The notes beneath the pieces were generated by a model that was given only the letters and a program-made list of their open reading frames with translations, had not been told where the DNA came from and made no database searches. A DNA stretch of 63,924 bases, the filler included, from Chiloscyllium plagiosum (Eukaryota), in the NCBI RefSeq assembly GCF_004010195.1. It is 3 parts of one record of this genome, joined end to end, with 100 filler letters (N's around TTAATTAATTAA, not from the genome) between each part and the next. Parts side by side here need not be neighbours in the genome. Positions count along the whole stretch, not along the records: positions 1 to 25,859 come from NC_057714.1; 2 more parts are not named here. The stretch is one strand, 5' to 3'. Of the stretch, positions 12,090 to 25,020 are shown one piece after another. Position 1 is the first letter of the stretch. Each line of letters opens with the position of its first letter. The position numbers and the translations under genes are program-made.

Positions 12090-14990
12090 AGCAGCATCAA
12101 CCTGGGGGTTGACAGGAAGGTGAATCATTGAATTAAAAACTTACCTTAAGCATCAGGGCCCTCCGGGAGGTGGGGGAGCTGATACAAGGTTAATGCTTTA
12201 AATACTTACCTCGTCAATAGGTGAAGTGCATGCTGAGCAGCAGTGGACACAGGGCTGCTGAGCAAGTGAAGTTATATATTATGGGTGCTTGCATTACCCA
12301 AAACACTACTTAGGTAATGTCTCCCACCCAACCTCTTTCTCTAACCAAGGAAAAAGGTACTGTGCACCGGATTGGTAAGGTAACTAGTTTTTTTTTAATT
12401 CTTTATTTTTCGTTGGGAATTTAGAATAGTAGGTATGGAGGTTAGGGCAGTTGAATGTTCCTCTTGCAGAATGTGGGAGGTAAGGGTCACCACTCGTGTC
12501 CCTGCTGACTGCATCTGTGGGAAGTGCATCCAACTCCAGCTCCTCGAAAACCGCATTAGGGAACTGGAACTAGAGATGGATGAACTTTGGATCATTGGGA
12601 AGGTGGAGGGGGTTATTGAGAGAAGCTACAGCAAGTTAGTCACACCTCAGGTGCAAGAAAGAGGCAGATAGGGGTTACACTCAGGGGACGGAAAGGGAAC
12701 CAGCAGGTAGTGCAGGGAACCCCTGTGGCCGTTCCCCTCATTAACAAGCAGACCATTTTGGATACTATTGGGGAGAATGACTTACCATGAGTAAGCCATG
12801 GGGTACAGGTGTCTGGCACAGAGTCTGTCCCTGTTGCTCAGAAGGGAAGGGGGGAATGGAGCAGAACATTAGGCACTGGGGACACTATAGTTAGGGGGAC
12901 AGATGGGAGGTACTGCAGGAATGAGAAAAGGTTGGTGTGCTGCCTCCCAGGTGCCAGGGTTCGTGATGTTCAGGAGAACCAGCCCCAAGTTATGGTCCAC
13001 ATGGGCACTAACGACATAGGGAGGAAAAGAGATGGGGATTTGAGGCTGAAATTCAGGGAGCTAGGGTGGAAGATTAGAGCTAGAACGAACAGCAGTTGTT
13101 ATCTCTGGTTTGTTGCCCGTGCCACGTGCTGGTGAGGTCAGGAATAGGGACAGAGAGGAACTGAACACATGGCTACAGGGACGGTGCAGGAGGGAGGGTA
13201 TTGATTACCTGGATAATTGGGGCTCATTCTGAGGTAAGTGGGACCTCTACAAACAGGATGGTCTACACCTGAACCAGAGGGATACCAATATCCTTGGGAG
13301 AAAAATTTGCTTATGCTCCTTAAACTAAGGGTTTTAACTAATTCAGCTTCAGGGGATGGGAAACAAAATTATAGTTCCAGTTTCCAGGAGGTTGAGAATA
13401 GTAAGTTCAGATATGAGGTTTCAAGGTCGCAAGAGTTGACCGGCAAGCAGGAAGGTAGTTTGGTTTGTATCTACTTCAACGCCAGGAGAATCCAGAATAA
13501 GGTGGGTCAATTTGCAGCATTGGGTTGGTACCTGGGACTTCAATGTTGTGGCCATTTCAGAGACATGGATAGAGCATGGACAGGAATGGTTGTTGCTGGT
13601 TCCGGGATTTCGATATTTCAGTAAGAACAGAGAAGATGGTAAAAGAGGGGGTGGTATCGCATTGTTAGCAAGGACAGTATTACGGTGGCAGAAAGGATAT
13701 TTGAGGACTGTCTACTAAGGTAGTATGGGCTGAGATTAGAAACAGGAAAGGAGAGGTCACCCTGTTGGGAGTTTTCTATAGGCCTCCGAATAGATCCAGA
13801 GATGTAGAGGAAAGGATAGCAAAGCTAATTCTGGATAGGCGCAAGAGTAACAGGGTAGTTGTTATGGGAGACTTTAACTTTGCAAAAATTGACTGGAAAT
13901 ACTGTAATTCGAGTACATTAGATGGGTCAGGTTTTGTCCAATTAGTACAGGAGGGTTTTCTGACACAGTATGTAGACAGGCCAACAAGGAGCGAGGCCAC
14001 ATTGGATTTGGTACTGGGTAATGGACCTGGCCAGGTGTTAGATTTGGAGATAGGTGAGCACTTTGGTGAGAGTGACCATAATTCAATTATGTTTACTTTA
14101 GCAATGGAAAGGGATAGGTATATACCGCACGGTAAGAGTTATAACTGAGAGAAAGGCAATTATGATGTGATTAGGCAAGATTTAGGATGCATTGGATGGG
14201 GAAGGAAACTGCAGGGGATGGACACACTTGAAATGTGAGCTTATTCAAGGAACAGTTACTGCATGTCCTTGGTAAGTATGTACCTGTCAGGTAGGGAGGA
14301 AATGGTCAAGCGGTGGAAGCCATGGTTTACAAAAGAAGTTGAATCTCTTGTCAAGAGGCTGAAGAAGGCTTATGTTAGGATGAAATGTGATGGCTCAGTT
14401 AGGGAGCTTGAGAGTTAAAAGTTAGCCTAACCAAAGAGCTAAGAAGAACCAGGAGGGGACATGAGAAGTTGTTGGCGGATAGGATCAAGGAAAACCCTAA
14501 GGTTTTCTATAGGTATATCAGGAATAAAAGAAAGATTAGAGAAAGTTAGGGGCAATCAAAGATAGTAGTGGGATGCTGGGCCTGGAGTCCAAGGAGATAG
14601 GGGAAGCGCTAAATGAATATTTTCGTCTGTACTCACACTGGAAAAAGACAATAATGTCAGGGAGAATACTGAAATACAGATTGTTAGACTAGATAGGATT
14701 GAGGTCACAAGGATGGCTAGCATGAGGGAACATAGCTTTAAATGGAGGGGTGATAGATATAGGACAGCTGTCAGAGGTAGTTTCTTTATTCAGAGAGTAG
14801 GTAGAGGCATGGAATTCCCTGCCTGCAACAGTAGTAGACTCGTCACTTTAAGGGCATTTAAATGGTCATTGGATAAACAATTGGATGAAAATGGAATAGT
14901 GCAGGATAGATAGGCCTCAGATTGGATCCACAGGTCGGCGCAACATCAAGGGCCACAAGCTACACTGTAACGTTCTATATTCTATGATTC
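12090..14990 (+). mobile_element. CR1 LINE with ORF1 and endonuclease but lacking the RT domain (internal deletion near 14712)
   Basis: ORF1 CSSCRMWE..CGKC zinc finger and HMGTNDIG; APE motifs AISETW, FYRPP, MGDFN, SDH; jumps directly to the C-terminus (HSFK..GSFFIQRV) and tail gttctatattctatg; 5' boundary approximate. Confidence 0.85.
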
Positions 14991-15134
14991 TTGTCAACCT
15001 CCTCTGAAGCCCCCCCCCCCCCCCCCCCCGACCCCCAATGCCAGTACATCCTTCCTTAAACACTGAGCCCAAACATTCTCACACTATTCCAATTGCAGTC
15101 TGACCAGAGCTTTTTACAGCCTGAGCAGTACATA

Positions 15135-15650
15135 TCAGGCAATAGAGAAGACATGTGAGAAAGGTACTCTTATAACAATCAGGGAGGCTTCAATGAGTAG
15201 GAATGTCAGGTTAGGTCACAAATCCCAAGCAAAAGAATCTGTGGAATGTTTATGAGATGGTTTTGTGGAGCAGCTAACTGTAGAGCCCATTTAGGAACAG
15301 GAAATTCTGGATCTGGTGATGTGTCATAATGCAGACTTGATTAGGGAGCTTAAAGTGAAGAAACCCCTAGAGGCCAGTAACCATAATATTATAGAACTCA
15401 CCCTGCAGTTTGAGAGGGAAAAACTGGAATCAGATATAACAGTGCTACGGTTGAGTAAAGTTGAGGGAGGAGCTGGCCAGAATTGTTTGGAAGGAGGCCC
15501 TTGGAGGGAAGACATTGGAGCAGCTTTGGTTGGATTTCTGGGGGTAATTCGGCAGACACAGCAGAAACTCATCCCAAGGAAGAAGAAATGTAAGATGGAG
15601 AGGAGGGTGCAAATATGGAGGACAAGGGAAAGTCAGGGACAGCATAAATG
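15135..15650 (+). mobile_element. Decayed CR1 ORF2 fragment
   Basis: ORF 15316: NADLIRELKVKKPLEASNHNIIE (end of APE domain). Confidence 0.65.
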
Positions 15651-17397
15651 CCCAGTACTAGTGCCAATCACCCATGAATTCAAACCCATTCCTCCCACAC
15701 CAAACTTTGAGCCATGCGTTTACCTCTTTAATCTTGTTGACCCTGTGCCAATACACTTGTTGCTCAGGTAGTAATCAGAAGATTATTACCTTTTTGGCTC
15801 AGTTTCTTAATATAGACCCTAACTGCTCACATGCCGTCAAGTTAAATTCACCACCATTCGTCTCTCTCGAATGAGAGAGCAACCCAATAGGGTCATGATG
15901 ACTTTACCTTTACCTGTTGTAATTTACCAAAATTTCCTAGGGTCAGGAGAAGTTCCATTAGACTGGAAAAAAGAATGCGATTCAATAGACGAAAGTAGGA
16001 AAGGCATAATTCAGTGATGCAGGGCACTGGTGTCCAACAAGGAGGAGCAAGCAGCAAGCTAACGACACTCTGATTTCCATTTTGAAATTTGTTGGTATCG
16101 AGCTTGCTTGGTGCATTTGGTAAGATGGAAGCTCAATAGTAGTGAGGTGAGTTGGGTGTTAACAAGGTTTTTAACAAACATTAATTTCTTATAATTAGCA
16201 ACATGCTACTGCACAGCAAAAAACTCACCACAAGCAAATGCATTACAGGTGACACGAAGGGCTGCTGTGATGCAGTGGTACTGTCCCTACATTTGAGTCA
16301 GGAGGCCTGGGTTCTAGTCCTGCCTACTCCAGAGGTGTGTCAGAACAGGCTGAATAAAAATATCTAAAAGATAGTGTGAGAAGCTCCTGACATTCAAATG
16401 CCAGATTTCTCATTCAATCCTACCACAAATCTTGCCGTAGTCCACATCACTCAGACTCCTACATAATTCCACCCCAGGTTTTTTTTTCTGGGGGACAGAT
16501 AAAAAGGAGCTTGTTTTAGGAACTGTCTTTCATTATCTCTTTTTTCACATTCAAAAGCAAACAGGTTGTTTAGACAGCCAATTCCGACCTGTTCCTCTCC
16601 TCCCTCCTGCTCCTGGAAATATGGCCCAACATATGCCAGCAGATGGCTATTGTATATTGGCTGAGAGCCATAATTTACTATTCCCACAATGGTACCACAG
16701 TTTTTGTCAGAATGTACCATCCCTAAACACTCACATGGACATTATTTCTCAAAAAAAGGAATCAATTGGTCCATTTGTTACATTTAAGAAGATTATCAGT
16801 TTATGTGCTTTGCAATTAAAGGTAATACCTCCAACTCACACTCTGAACTTCCACTGTTTTCTTTAAAAGAACTATCCAGAAACAATGACCCATCAACATA
16901 ATCTATTAATTTAAAATAAACTGAATAACAGCAAGTTTACACGATTGGTAATTGATTAAGTGAAGAAAATAATTACAATGAACAACAGACAAACTCTGCA
17001 GCCAAACTGACATTATTATATCATCATTGTTAGGCTGAATCATTTATTTTCTATGCATTGCTAAATATTCAGATTTCTCTGAGGTATGCACAGCAGGGCT
17101 GGGTGTTGCTAACAATTAAAATCATAAAGCATCCAGCATGTTTTAAAAGTGCCAGAATACAGCAAAATATTGGATCCATTGCCCAATATTTTAAACTAAC
17201 CTTATCAGGCAGTATACTTTAAACCTGAAAAATACACTGAAATCCAGGAGATGGCAATAATGTTAACTTGGTAAAGCTTTCACTCATTCACTACAATGCC
17301 TGCATCCAAACAGATGGCAGCATCACCAATTTCAAACAGTTGCACATCTTTTAAATACAAATAATAATAATTTTAATGAGTTTTGAGTCCAACAAAC

Positions 17398-17470
17398 CTG
17401 TGGAAATTCCTGAAATGCACCCATTGTTTCCTGATTTCGGTCAGAGGATCCTGCAAGGACAACTAAAGGC
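17398..17470 (-). CDS. HACL1: 2-hydroxyacyl-CoA lyase 1, coding exon 5 (73 nt)
   Basis: AG|G CCT TTA GTT...CCA CAG|GT; encodes (W)[24 protein letters not shown], matching HACL1; phase consistent with exon 4. Confidence 0.95.
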
Positions 17471-19199
17471 CTGAAAGAAAGAGCATTGTTTTTATTCAAT
17501 GGTTTTTCATACAGTGGACTTCATTCTTTGACAATCATAATGTTCTCGAAATTTGATATTTAACAACCTTAGAGCACTTGGCAGCAATACATCAATCACC
17601 TCAACTTCACATGTAATTTCTTCAAATTAAAATACCATTATACAAAACTTGGTGCAGCTGAAGCCTGATAGAACAATTATGCAGCAGGTAATGAGAACAA
17701 GTGCTCTTAAGCAAAATTATTGAGCCACGATATTACTGCACCAATGTGAAAATGTCACACGAGAAGAACCTTTTCCATTCATTACTCAACAAAAACCTAC
17801 TCTCTTTAGTGCCTTACAAAATATGCAACTTTAATTGGAATGTTGAATTTCTTCTGCCTATAATGTTAACTGAACTGCAATGTTCACACTCTGTAAAAAA
17901 TGCAAGAAATATCAAGTAGGTCTTTCAATATTGCAAAAGGTAAAAAGCAATGTCTTCCCAGGTATAGGCATTATTTCCAAGGAAAAGTAATGCCAAAGTC
18001 ATGAACCTATATTTTGTTAGCAATTTGGTGATTGAATTGTACTGAGAAAAATCTAACCTGGTGAAAGCAATCTACTTTAAAAGGATGCAGTGTTTTGGGA
18101 GGCACAGCAGACCTAGCTACACATTTCAAATTATGCAATGAGATGTAATGTCAGTGGACATACTTGCCAAACAAAAAATCAATGTATACTATTTAACTTG
18201 CTTTAAAATAACTATCTAAAAGAAATTCATATTTCACCTAGCTGCTCAGTGCAGGTTTCTTTTAAAAGCAAATTTATTGAATTCGGTCATATTTAATTGT
18301 ATAAGGTACAGTGATACACATGATTTTGTAATAATGTTGTCAGCAAAGGTGTTACTGTATATCCTCATTTGTCATTGAAACGGACAGCAAACCCTGGGGC
18401 CAGAGTTCCCCGCTGGAGACAGGAAATGAGGAAGTAGACGTGATTTCAAATCAGGAACCCACCTCCATCAGGAAGGCAGAATTGGATGTGACTGTTAGGG
18501 GTATGGGTCTGAGGGGTATGGGTCTGAATTGTCTTCAGACAGCTCTGCTGCCCAATTACGCAGACAGGAAATTGGAAACAGGGACTGCGGGGCCGCAGAG
18601 CTGGCAGTAACAAAGATACCACATGCCTATCATTTTCAACCCTGATCAAAGGGGTGGCATGCCTATAAGTGAAAGGCATGAAATGTTGGTGACCTTCCAT
18701 CATGATAGGGAAAAGTTAGAGATTTTGAGCAAGGGATGGCTGGAACGCGGACAAAATGAAAGTCTGTGACAGGGTGGAAGATCACAGAGAGCGAGTTAGA
18801 CCTTCAGGGCAAGCTGGAATGGTGATGCAGCAGGAAAACAAAGGAACAAAAGACCTGCCTTGAGATATTGAAGGAGCGAGGGAAAAGCCAAACAAAGAAA
18901 AGGGGAAATGGAGTAGTAATTATCATCTGCAATTGTTCTGGCAGGCTGCAAACTACCTAATGAAAAGATCGAGGGCAATTAGGGTGGTGACCAAATGCTG
19001 GCCTTGCCAGCCATCTCCACATCTACTTGAGAAATGCAAAAGTGGACTTTTATTCTGACAATTCTTTCAAAGGATTGAATTGTTCAAGGAAAGCAAACTA
19101 CACTCTATTTTTACAGCAGTGAACTACTGAGCTTTGACATTTAAAAATCCTTACAGCCACTTTGACAGCAGTAAGTCCAGAAGGTAAGAGTGATATTAG

Positions 19200-19790
19200 G
19201 GATTTGGTTACAGGTAGGGTGCTAGGTGTAGAATGCTAGGTGACTAAGTGAAGGTGTCAGGTACCAGCTGAAAGGGTGCCATCTGGATAGGGGTAAGATG
19301 GATAGGATGCTAAGTGGAAAGGGGGTAGGGTACCGAGTGGATAGGGTGAAACATGGTGAGGTAGTCAGGTAAGTGGCCAGGATGTGTGGAAAGATTCGGG
19401 ACCATAGAAGGGGGGAGTCAGAAAAGATAGCTGATGGGTTTGGAGGGAGTCCAGCACACAGGGATTTGGGTCTGGTTGGGCCGGAAGTAAGGGCTGTCAG
19501 GTTGGGTCTGGAGGCAGAAGGGACTAGTGCCAAGGGATAGTCGAATGGTGTCTGGTCGAGTGAAGCAGGAGAAGGGGAGTGTGCTGAGCAACGAGGGACA
19601 GGGAGTGAGGGAAGGGGCAGGAGAAGAGGAGAGTGTGTTGAGCTACAAAGGACAGTGAGGGAAGGGTTAGGGGGAGGGGACTGTGTTTTACCGGCGAGGG
19701 AAGGGGAGTAAGGGCAGGAGCAGGGGAAGAGGAGAGCGGATCCCATGGTATGCTAAGGGTTGGGAAGAGGTGGATCACATTTGAGCGACG
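19200..19790 (+). repeat. Purine/G-rich low-complexity tract
   Basis: Strongly G/A-biased sequence; minus-strand ORFs are Pro/Ser/Leu-rich compositional artefacts. Confidence 0.6.
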
Positions 19791-20374
19791 TAAATGCTCT
19801 CCAGGATGTTTGATAGGGGGTTGTGTGATGTAAGTATGAATTCTGTTTAATAGCTTCTCACGAGTTGGATGAAGTATTTAATTGGAAATTACTTCCCCAC
19901 ACAGCAGTGGAGGCTGAGTCGTTAAATATTTGTTAGGGCAGAGGTAGCTTGTTTCTTTACGAATAACAGAGTCAAAGGTCACCAGGCTAGACGGGAAAGT
20001 GGAGTTATGGTCATAATCAGATCAACTGAAATGCAGAGCAAGCTTGAGGAACTGAATGGCCTACCCCTGCCCATAATTCGCACATACAAATGCTCCTAGA
20101 ACTACATTCTTGGCCAGATTTTACATCTTTTACTTAATATTCCTTTAAGCGATTTGGTATCCTACTTTGTATTACAGCACTTCTGTAAAATGTTTTAAAC
20201 TGTTTTAATTGTGTTTCGATATTTAATAATATACGTTGTGATCATTCCAAATTTTGAAAATGGAGATTGCACAGAAACAACTTACAGTGATCATTAATAA
20301 ATGCAAGGCTTTGGCAAAAGTGCAAGGCTGGGGATGTATTGGTCAAATCTATCAGACTCAGCACAGGCAGATTC

Positions 20375-20703
20375 ATTGACAGGGTAAATGCTGAGAGGAT
20401 GTTTCCCCTCACGGGAGAGTCTGGGACCAGAGGTCATAGTCTCAGAATAAAGAGATGCCAATTTAAGACTGAGATAAGGATGAATTTCTGCTCTCAGAGA
20501 ATGGGGATTTGGAACTCCTTGCCACAGAGGGTAGGGGGGCAAAGTCCTTGTGTATATTTAAGGCTGAGATAGATAAATTCTTGATCAATAGAAGAATCAC
20601 GGTTCTGGGGAAAAGGCAGGAAAGGGGACATAAAGAACAATGGATCAGCCATAAACCCATTGAATGGTAGACCAAACAGCCTATTCCTTTATCTTATGGT
20701 CTT
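20375..20703 (+). mobile_element. CR1 3' terminal fragment
   Basis: RVNAERMFPLTGESGTRGHSLRIK..FKTE..WNSLP; tail cttatggtcttat. Confidence 0.8.
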
Positions 20704-21222
20704 ATTTATAAATGGTGTTCATTGGCCTCCTGCACATTACCAACTCTTCCTTCTCATATTTGTTCACTACCCCTACCCTTTTGAAAAACATATGTTCTTG
20801 AAAATTAGACAGCACCACTTCCTGTTAACACCTGAAAAAACTCCAGAGGCTGGTACCCCATCACCAAGTTACCCTTTGTTTATGTGTGGAGAGTACTTGA
20901 CACTGATCCAGCTCCCTCAGAACAAGCTATCAGTGAACTGGATGGCTGATATTCCTGTTTATATCTGTCAGCCGGGGCTCCCTGTTTGGACCAGTTTCTC
21001 AACCCCAATCAGGGAATTCCTATTCTATGAGGTCCACTTGACTGACCCTGTTACAATTACTACAACACTAACCAACATAAATAGAAGACTTCCATTGCAA
21101 TATCTGTTGAGGAGCTTTTATACAAAATTAAATTTTTGATTAGAATACTAATGCTTAACTTTTCCATCTGTAATAACTCAGGAAACCTGACTAGAAAGAA
21201 ACATTGTTTATTGTTGAACAAT

Positions 21223-22040
21223 GGAAATAGAGAAAACACAGCGGATCATCAACTCCACACTCACAGGAATCCGATTCATGAGAGAGGAAGAAAAGGACAA
21301 CCAACTCCCATTCCTAGACGTGAGGGTACAGGGAACACCAAACGGAGAATTCACCACTAAGGTACACAGGAAAGCCACACACACAGACCAAGTCCTGAAC
21401 TATGAAAGCAACCACCCCAATACACACAAACGAAGTTGCATCAAGACACTATTCAAAAGGGCCACAACACACTGCAGCACACCAGAACTGCAAAAAGAGG
21501 AAGAGGAACACCTATACAAGGTATTCGCCAAAAACGGATATCCTCGCAATTTCATCAACAGATGCCTAAGGGAAAGACAACAGAACGAGGACATGCCGCA
21601 ACCCAAAGGACTAGCCACACTACCATACATCAAGAACATCTCTGAAAGAACTGACANNNNNNNNNNNNNNNNNNNNNNNNNNNNNNNNNNNNNNNNNNNN
21701 NNNNNNNNNNNNNNNNNNNNNNNNNNNNNNNNNNNNNNNNNNNNNNNNNNNNNNNNNNNNNNNNNNNNNNNNNNNNNNNNNNNNNNNNNNNNNNNNNNNN
21801 NNNNNNNNNNNNNNNNNNNNNNNNNNNNNNNNNNNNNNNNNNNNNNNNNNNNNNNNNNNNNNNNNNNNNNNGACAGCTGAAACTGACAACCGGAAGCGGC
21901 AGGGACAGGCCACTATAAATGCCAGAGGAAACACCACAGAAGCGCTTCACAGGAGGCTCCCAAGCACTGAGGATGTCACCTAGACAGGGGACGAAACGTT
22001 TGCAACAAAAACCTCCAGCTCGGCGAACAGAACCACAGTG
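21223..22040 (+). mobile_element. Penelope-like element 3' part (RT C-terminus, N gap, pLTR with hammerhead)
   Basis: ORF 21221: GIRFMREEEKDNQLPFLDV..HRKATHTDQVLNYESNHP..KNGYP..LPYI, typical Penelope RT thumb region. Confidence 0.88.
21964..22003 (+). ncRNA. Type-I hammerhead ribozyme motif in Penelope pLTR
   Basis: gca-CTGAGGA-t-GTC..GAC-GAAA-cg-TT-tgc; stem I gca/tgc, stem II gtc/gac, conserved core. Confidence 0.7.
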
Positions 22041-22139
22041 AACAACAAGGTAGAGCCACTACTCCTGATTAGTCCCAGCCTGGGATAGACAGTCTCTCTG
22101 GATCTGTTTTTTTTAATCCAAAATCATCCTATTCAGAGA

Positions 22140-22348
22140 TGTTATGATACACCTCTGGAGCAGGTGGGACTTGAGCTTGGGCCTCCTGTCTCAAAGGTAG
22201 GGAGAGTACCCTTGTGCCACAAGAATCTGCCTGGATCTGCTTTCTGATTTTTCCCAATCAACCTGTACAGAAATGTTATACACCTCTGCAGCAGGTGGGA
22301 TTTGAACCCTGGTCCACAGGTAGGGACACTACCACTCTGCCACACGAG
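22140..22348 (-). mobile_element. Two tandem short tRNA-head SINE-like units (related copy at ~16260-16365, + strand)
   Basis: Repeated acacctct..agcaggtggga.ttga.c..gg.cc...ggtaggga; A/B-box-like on the minus strand. Confidence 0.5.
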
Positions 22349-22659
22349 GGCTTCTTGGGTCTGCTTTATTTTTGTCCCCATGGGCCTTGTAGGGGTTAGC
22401 ATAACACCCATCCTTCCCAAAACTGACTAGTTAACAGCTCACTGTCCAGGTAGAAATGAATAGTAGACAAAGAAGGCTTCAGATTCACTGCCTGATCCAT
22501 ATATAGTTAACTAGGACCATCCCCAATGACAAATGAAATTATACTATGCCTTTAAATTTATCAGTTTAAATAAATATTTGCAGGTTGATTTCCTAGAATT
22601 GCAATGGTTGCGCCTGTTTCTTTTGCAAAGCACAAACTGTAACAGTTCATAGAACTTAC

Positions 22660-22740
22660 CAGCAATTCATGTTTGCATTTGCCATTCCTCCTAGTGTGTG
22701 TAAAAGACCTGGGCCAGAGACTGTAAGGCAAATGCCTGGC
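22660..22740 (-). CDS. HACL1: HACL1 coding exon 4 (81 nt)
   Basis: AG/GT flanked; encodes (R)[26 protein letters not shown](W), including the TPP-enzyme SGPG motif. Confidence 0.96.
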
Positions 22741-22857
22741 CTAAAATGAGGAAAAACAGTTATGTTTAAATTGCAGATAAATCGATAAAAATACAATTAA
22801 AAGCTCATTGTGGCAAAGTCATGAGATTTAAAACCAGCTACATTTTGAGAGACTAAC

Positions 22858-22898
22858 CTTCCAGTTAAATATCCCACTGCAGATGCTGCATAACAAGC
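22858..22898 (-). CDS. HACL1: HACL1 coding exon 3 (41 nt)
   Basis: cag|GCT TGT TAT...GGA AG|gttagt; encodes [13 protein letters not shown](R). Confidence 0.96.
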
Positions 22899-22997
22899 CT
22901 GTTTAAACAGCAAACATGAGGTCAGTAAAATACTAATGGAATTTTTTTGAGTACACTGTTGAAAGAACAGACAGACGGTACACAGAAAATTACTTAC

Positions 22998-23102
22998 AGC
23001 TTGCTCATTTCTCATTCCAATGTATTTAATCCCAGCAGCTTGGGCTGCCATGGCTATTTCTATCACCGGTATACCAACAATCCCAAACATATACCGAAGA
23101 TT
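22998..23102 (-). CDS. HACL1: HACL1 coding exon 2 (105 nt)
   Basis: tttgcag|AAT...GCT|gtaagt; encodes [35 protein letters not shown], including the catalytic Glu motif RNEQ. Confidence 0.97.
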
Positions 23103-23469
23103 CTGCAAAGAAACATGAAAGGTGGCCTTCAGGTTATTACAAGTTTATTTTTAGTGTGAACTCAGCAAGAAATCATCTGTTCAGATCACAGATATTAGCT
23201 TAAAAAAAATTCTGGTATCTATAAATGTGTGTTGCAAACGTGCAAGATACAGAGAATATGAACAATTTGTAATTCCAGAGGGAAAACTTATGATAGTACC
23301 TTTGGTCACTTTCTAAAGTCTGAATGGTCTTTCTTAGTAACAGCACTTGAGGCCATTGAGTTTGGGAGATGTTTATTTAAATGATAACTGAATTGCAGCT
23401 CACTATTTCTCACTACATATATCAAATGTATTGTTTTTCTCTTAAATTGTTCCAACACACCTTTCATCA

Positions 23470-23735
23470 ACTATTCTACAAAAGGCCACTCTGCCCATTG
23501 AGACTGCACTGGTCCTCCTAAGAACATTCCACACAGACCTAGCTCCCTCACCCTATCCCCACATTTACCATGGCTAATACACCTAACCTGCACATCTTTG
23601 GAGTGTTGAAGGAAACTGGAGCACCCAGAAGAAACCCACGCAGACACAGAGAATATGCAAACCCCACACAGACAATGACTCAAGACTGGAATCGAACCCA
23701 GGCACCGTGAAGCAGTAGTGCTAACCACAGAGGCA
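23470..23735 (-). mobile_element. HE1-type SINE, diverged
   Basis: V-domain gcacccagaagaaacccacgcagacac (reverse orientation). Confidence 0.8.
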
Positions 23736-24369
23736 TCATATGTCAGCATGGCAGTTAAAATATACACAGCTATTCATTTATTTTGATTCCCTGCCTTTTC
23801 CCCATAATCTCAAAATGTTGTCATTAAGTTGAGTTCTTTATCTAATTTCCTTTTAAAATTTCTGATGGAGATTAAGCTTTCTGATCTTTCCATGATATGG
23901 AGGTGTTGGTGTTGGACTGGGGTAGACAAAGTCAAAAATCACATAACAACAGGTTATAGTCCAACAGGTTTATTTGAAGCCACAAGATTTCGGAATGCTG
24001 CTCCTGCTTCAGGCAGCTAATGCCTGAGGAAGAAGCAGGGGCTCTGAAAGCTCACAGACCTGAAAGGTTAACTGTTTTCATGTCACACTGCTGCCAGGCC
24101 TGCTGAGTGTTTCCAGGAGTTTCTGTTTTATTTCAAGCATTAAACAAATGCATTGGGTGATCAGGAAAGGAGAAATTCAGGCATAAGAAGAGGTTTACGT
24201 TCAGGTTGTAACTAATACGTTGTGGCTTCCTACCCAAGGTGAGGACATTGGTATCAATGAAATTGAATAAGTTAGTCATACAGTGGCCTATGTCGGTGAA
24301 GCCTACTGATTTCAATAAAGTTTCATTTATTGCAGTGGATTGGCAGCACTTGGGGTGAATGCTCCTCAC

Positions 24370-24453
24370 CTGCCCTCTCAGTGCTTCTGCTACGACCTGA
24401 GCTCCGCTGAGTTCCTCTGGCTGTAGCCCACCATCTCCCTCCGGAGCTGCCAT
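24370..24453 (-). CDS. HACL1: HACL1 first coding exon (84 coding nt)
   Basis: gaaATGG Kozak context; MAAPEGDGGLQPEELSGAQVVAEALRGQ|gtgag resembles human ..SGAKVIAQALKTQ; phase 0 joins exon 2. Confidence 0.92.
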
Positions 24454-25020
24454 TTCCACTTGGGGAAAAGGAGCAGTCACCCGTTGCTAAAGACAGCTCG
24501 ACATCGCTGCAGGGCGGAGATTGACAAACTGCAGCACCAACCCCAGCAAAGGGAGAAGCAAGTCGCTCAGGAAGAGGAGTCACTTCAGTATGAATGTATA
24601 TCCTGTTGGAAAACTCTGTTCGTGTTGTTTTGTGGGGAATTTTCAACAATAAAGTAATTTGAAAAGATGTGTGCATATTTTGAAATTCAGCCCACTGCGG
24701 TGGTTTGGCATTTGTGTGCAAGATTACAAACCAATACAAGTCCCGTAAGAGCTCAATGTTTCTACCTGGGCAGTCCCACTGCATTTGGCGCAATTCGAAG
24801 CAAATATAAGTTTTTTTTAAAAAAGTGGACCAGCAAGAATGTTCAATTCCAGTTGCTGGTCTGATTTCCTTTTAAGATCCTTAAGTGGCTCCAAAAAGGA
24901 ATTCCCGTAGTGGCTGGCCTGATTTTTTTAAATTCAGAAAATCTCACACGTTCATCTGAAGGGAGAGAAGGGAAAACGGAAATTTCTAGAAGTTAGTGAG
25001 AGCGGGGAGAGAGCAGGTAA
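24454..25020. promoter_or_regulatory. Putative HACL1 5' region / promoter, possibly bidirectional
   Basis: Repeat-free stretch with modest CpG enrichment upstream of the ATG; TTTGGCGC (E2F-like) at 24784; CGGAAA (ETS-like) at 24977. Confidence 0.4.

Noticed and set aside
15009..15036. Poly-C tract as a regulatory G-quadruplex
   Set aside because: Simple homopolymer within a CR1 fragment; no other support
19222..19778. 174-aa and 84-aa Pro/Ser-rich ORFs
   Set aside because: Antisense reading of a G/A-rich low-complexity tract; no splice or homology support
24586..24660. Plus-strand ATG as BTD start
   Set aside because: Short frame with no biotinidase motifs (AAVYEH, FPE) anywhere I could find in the window
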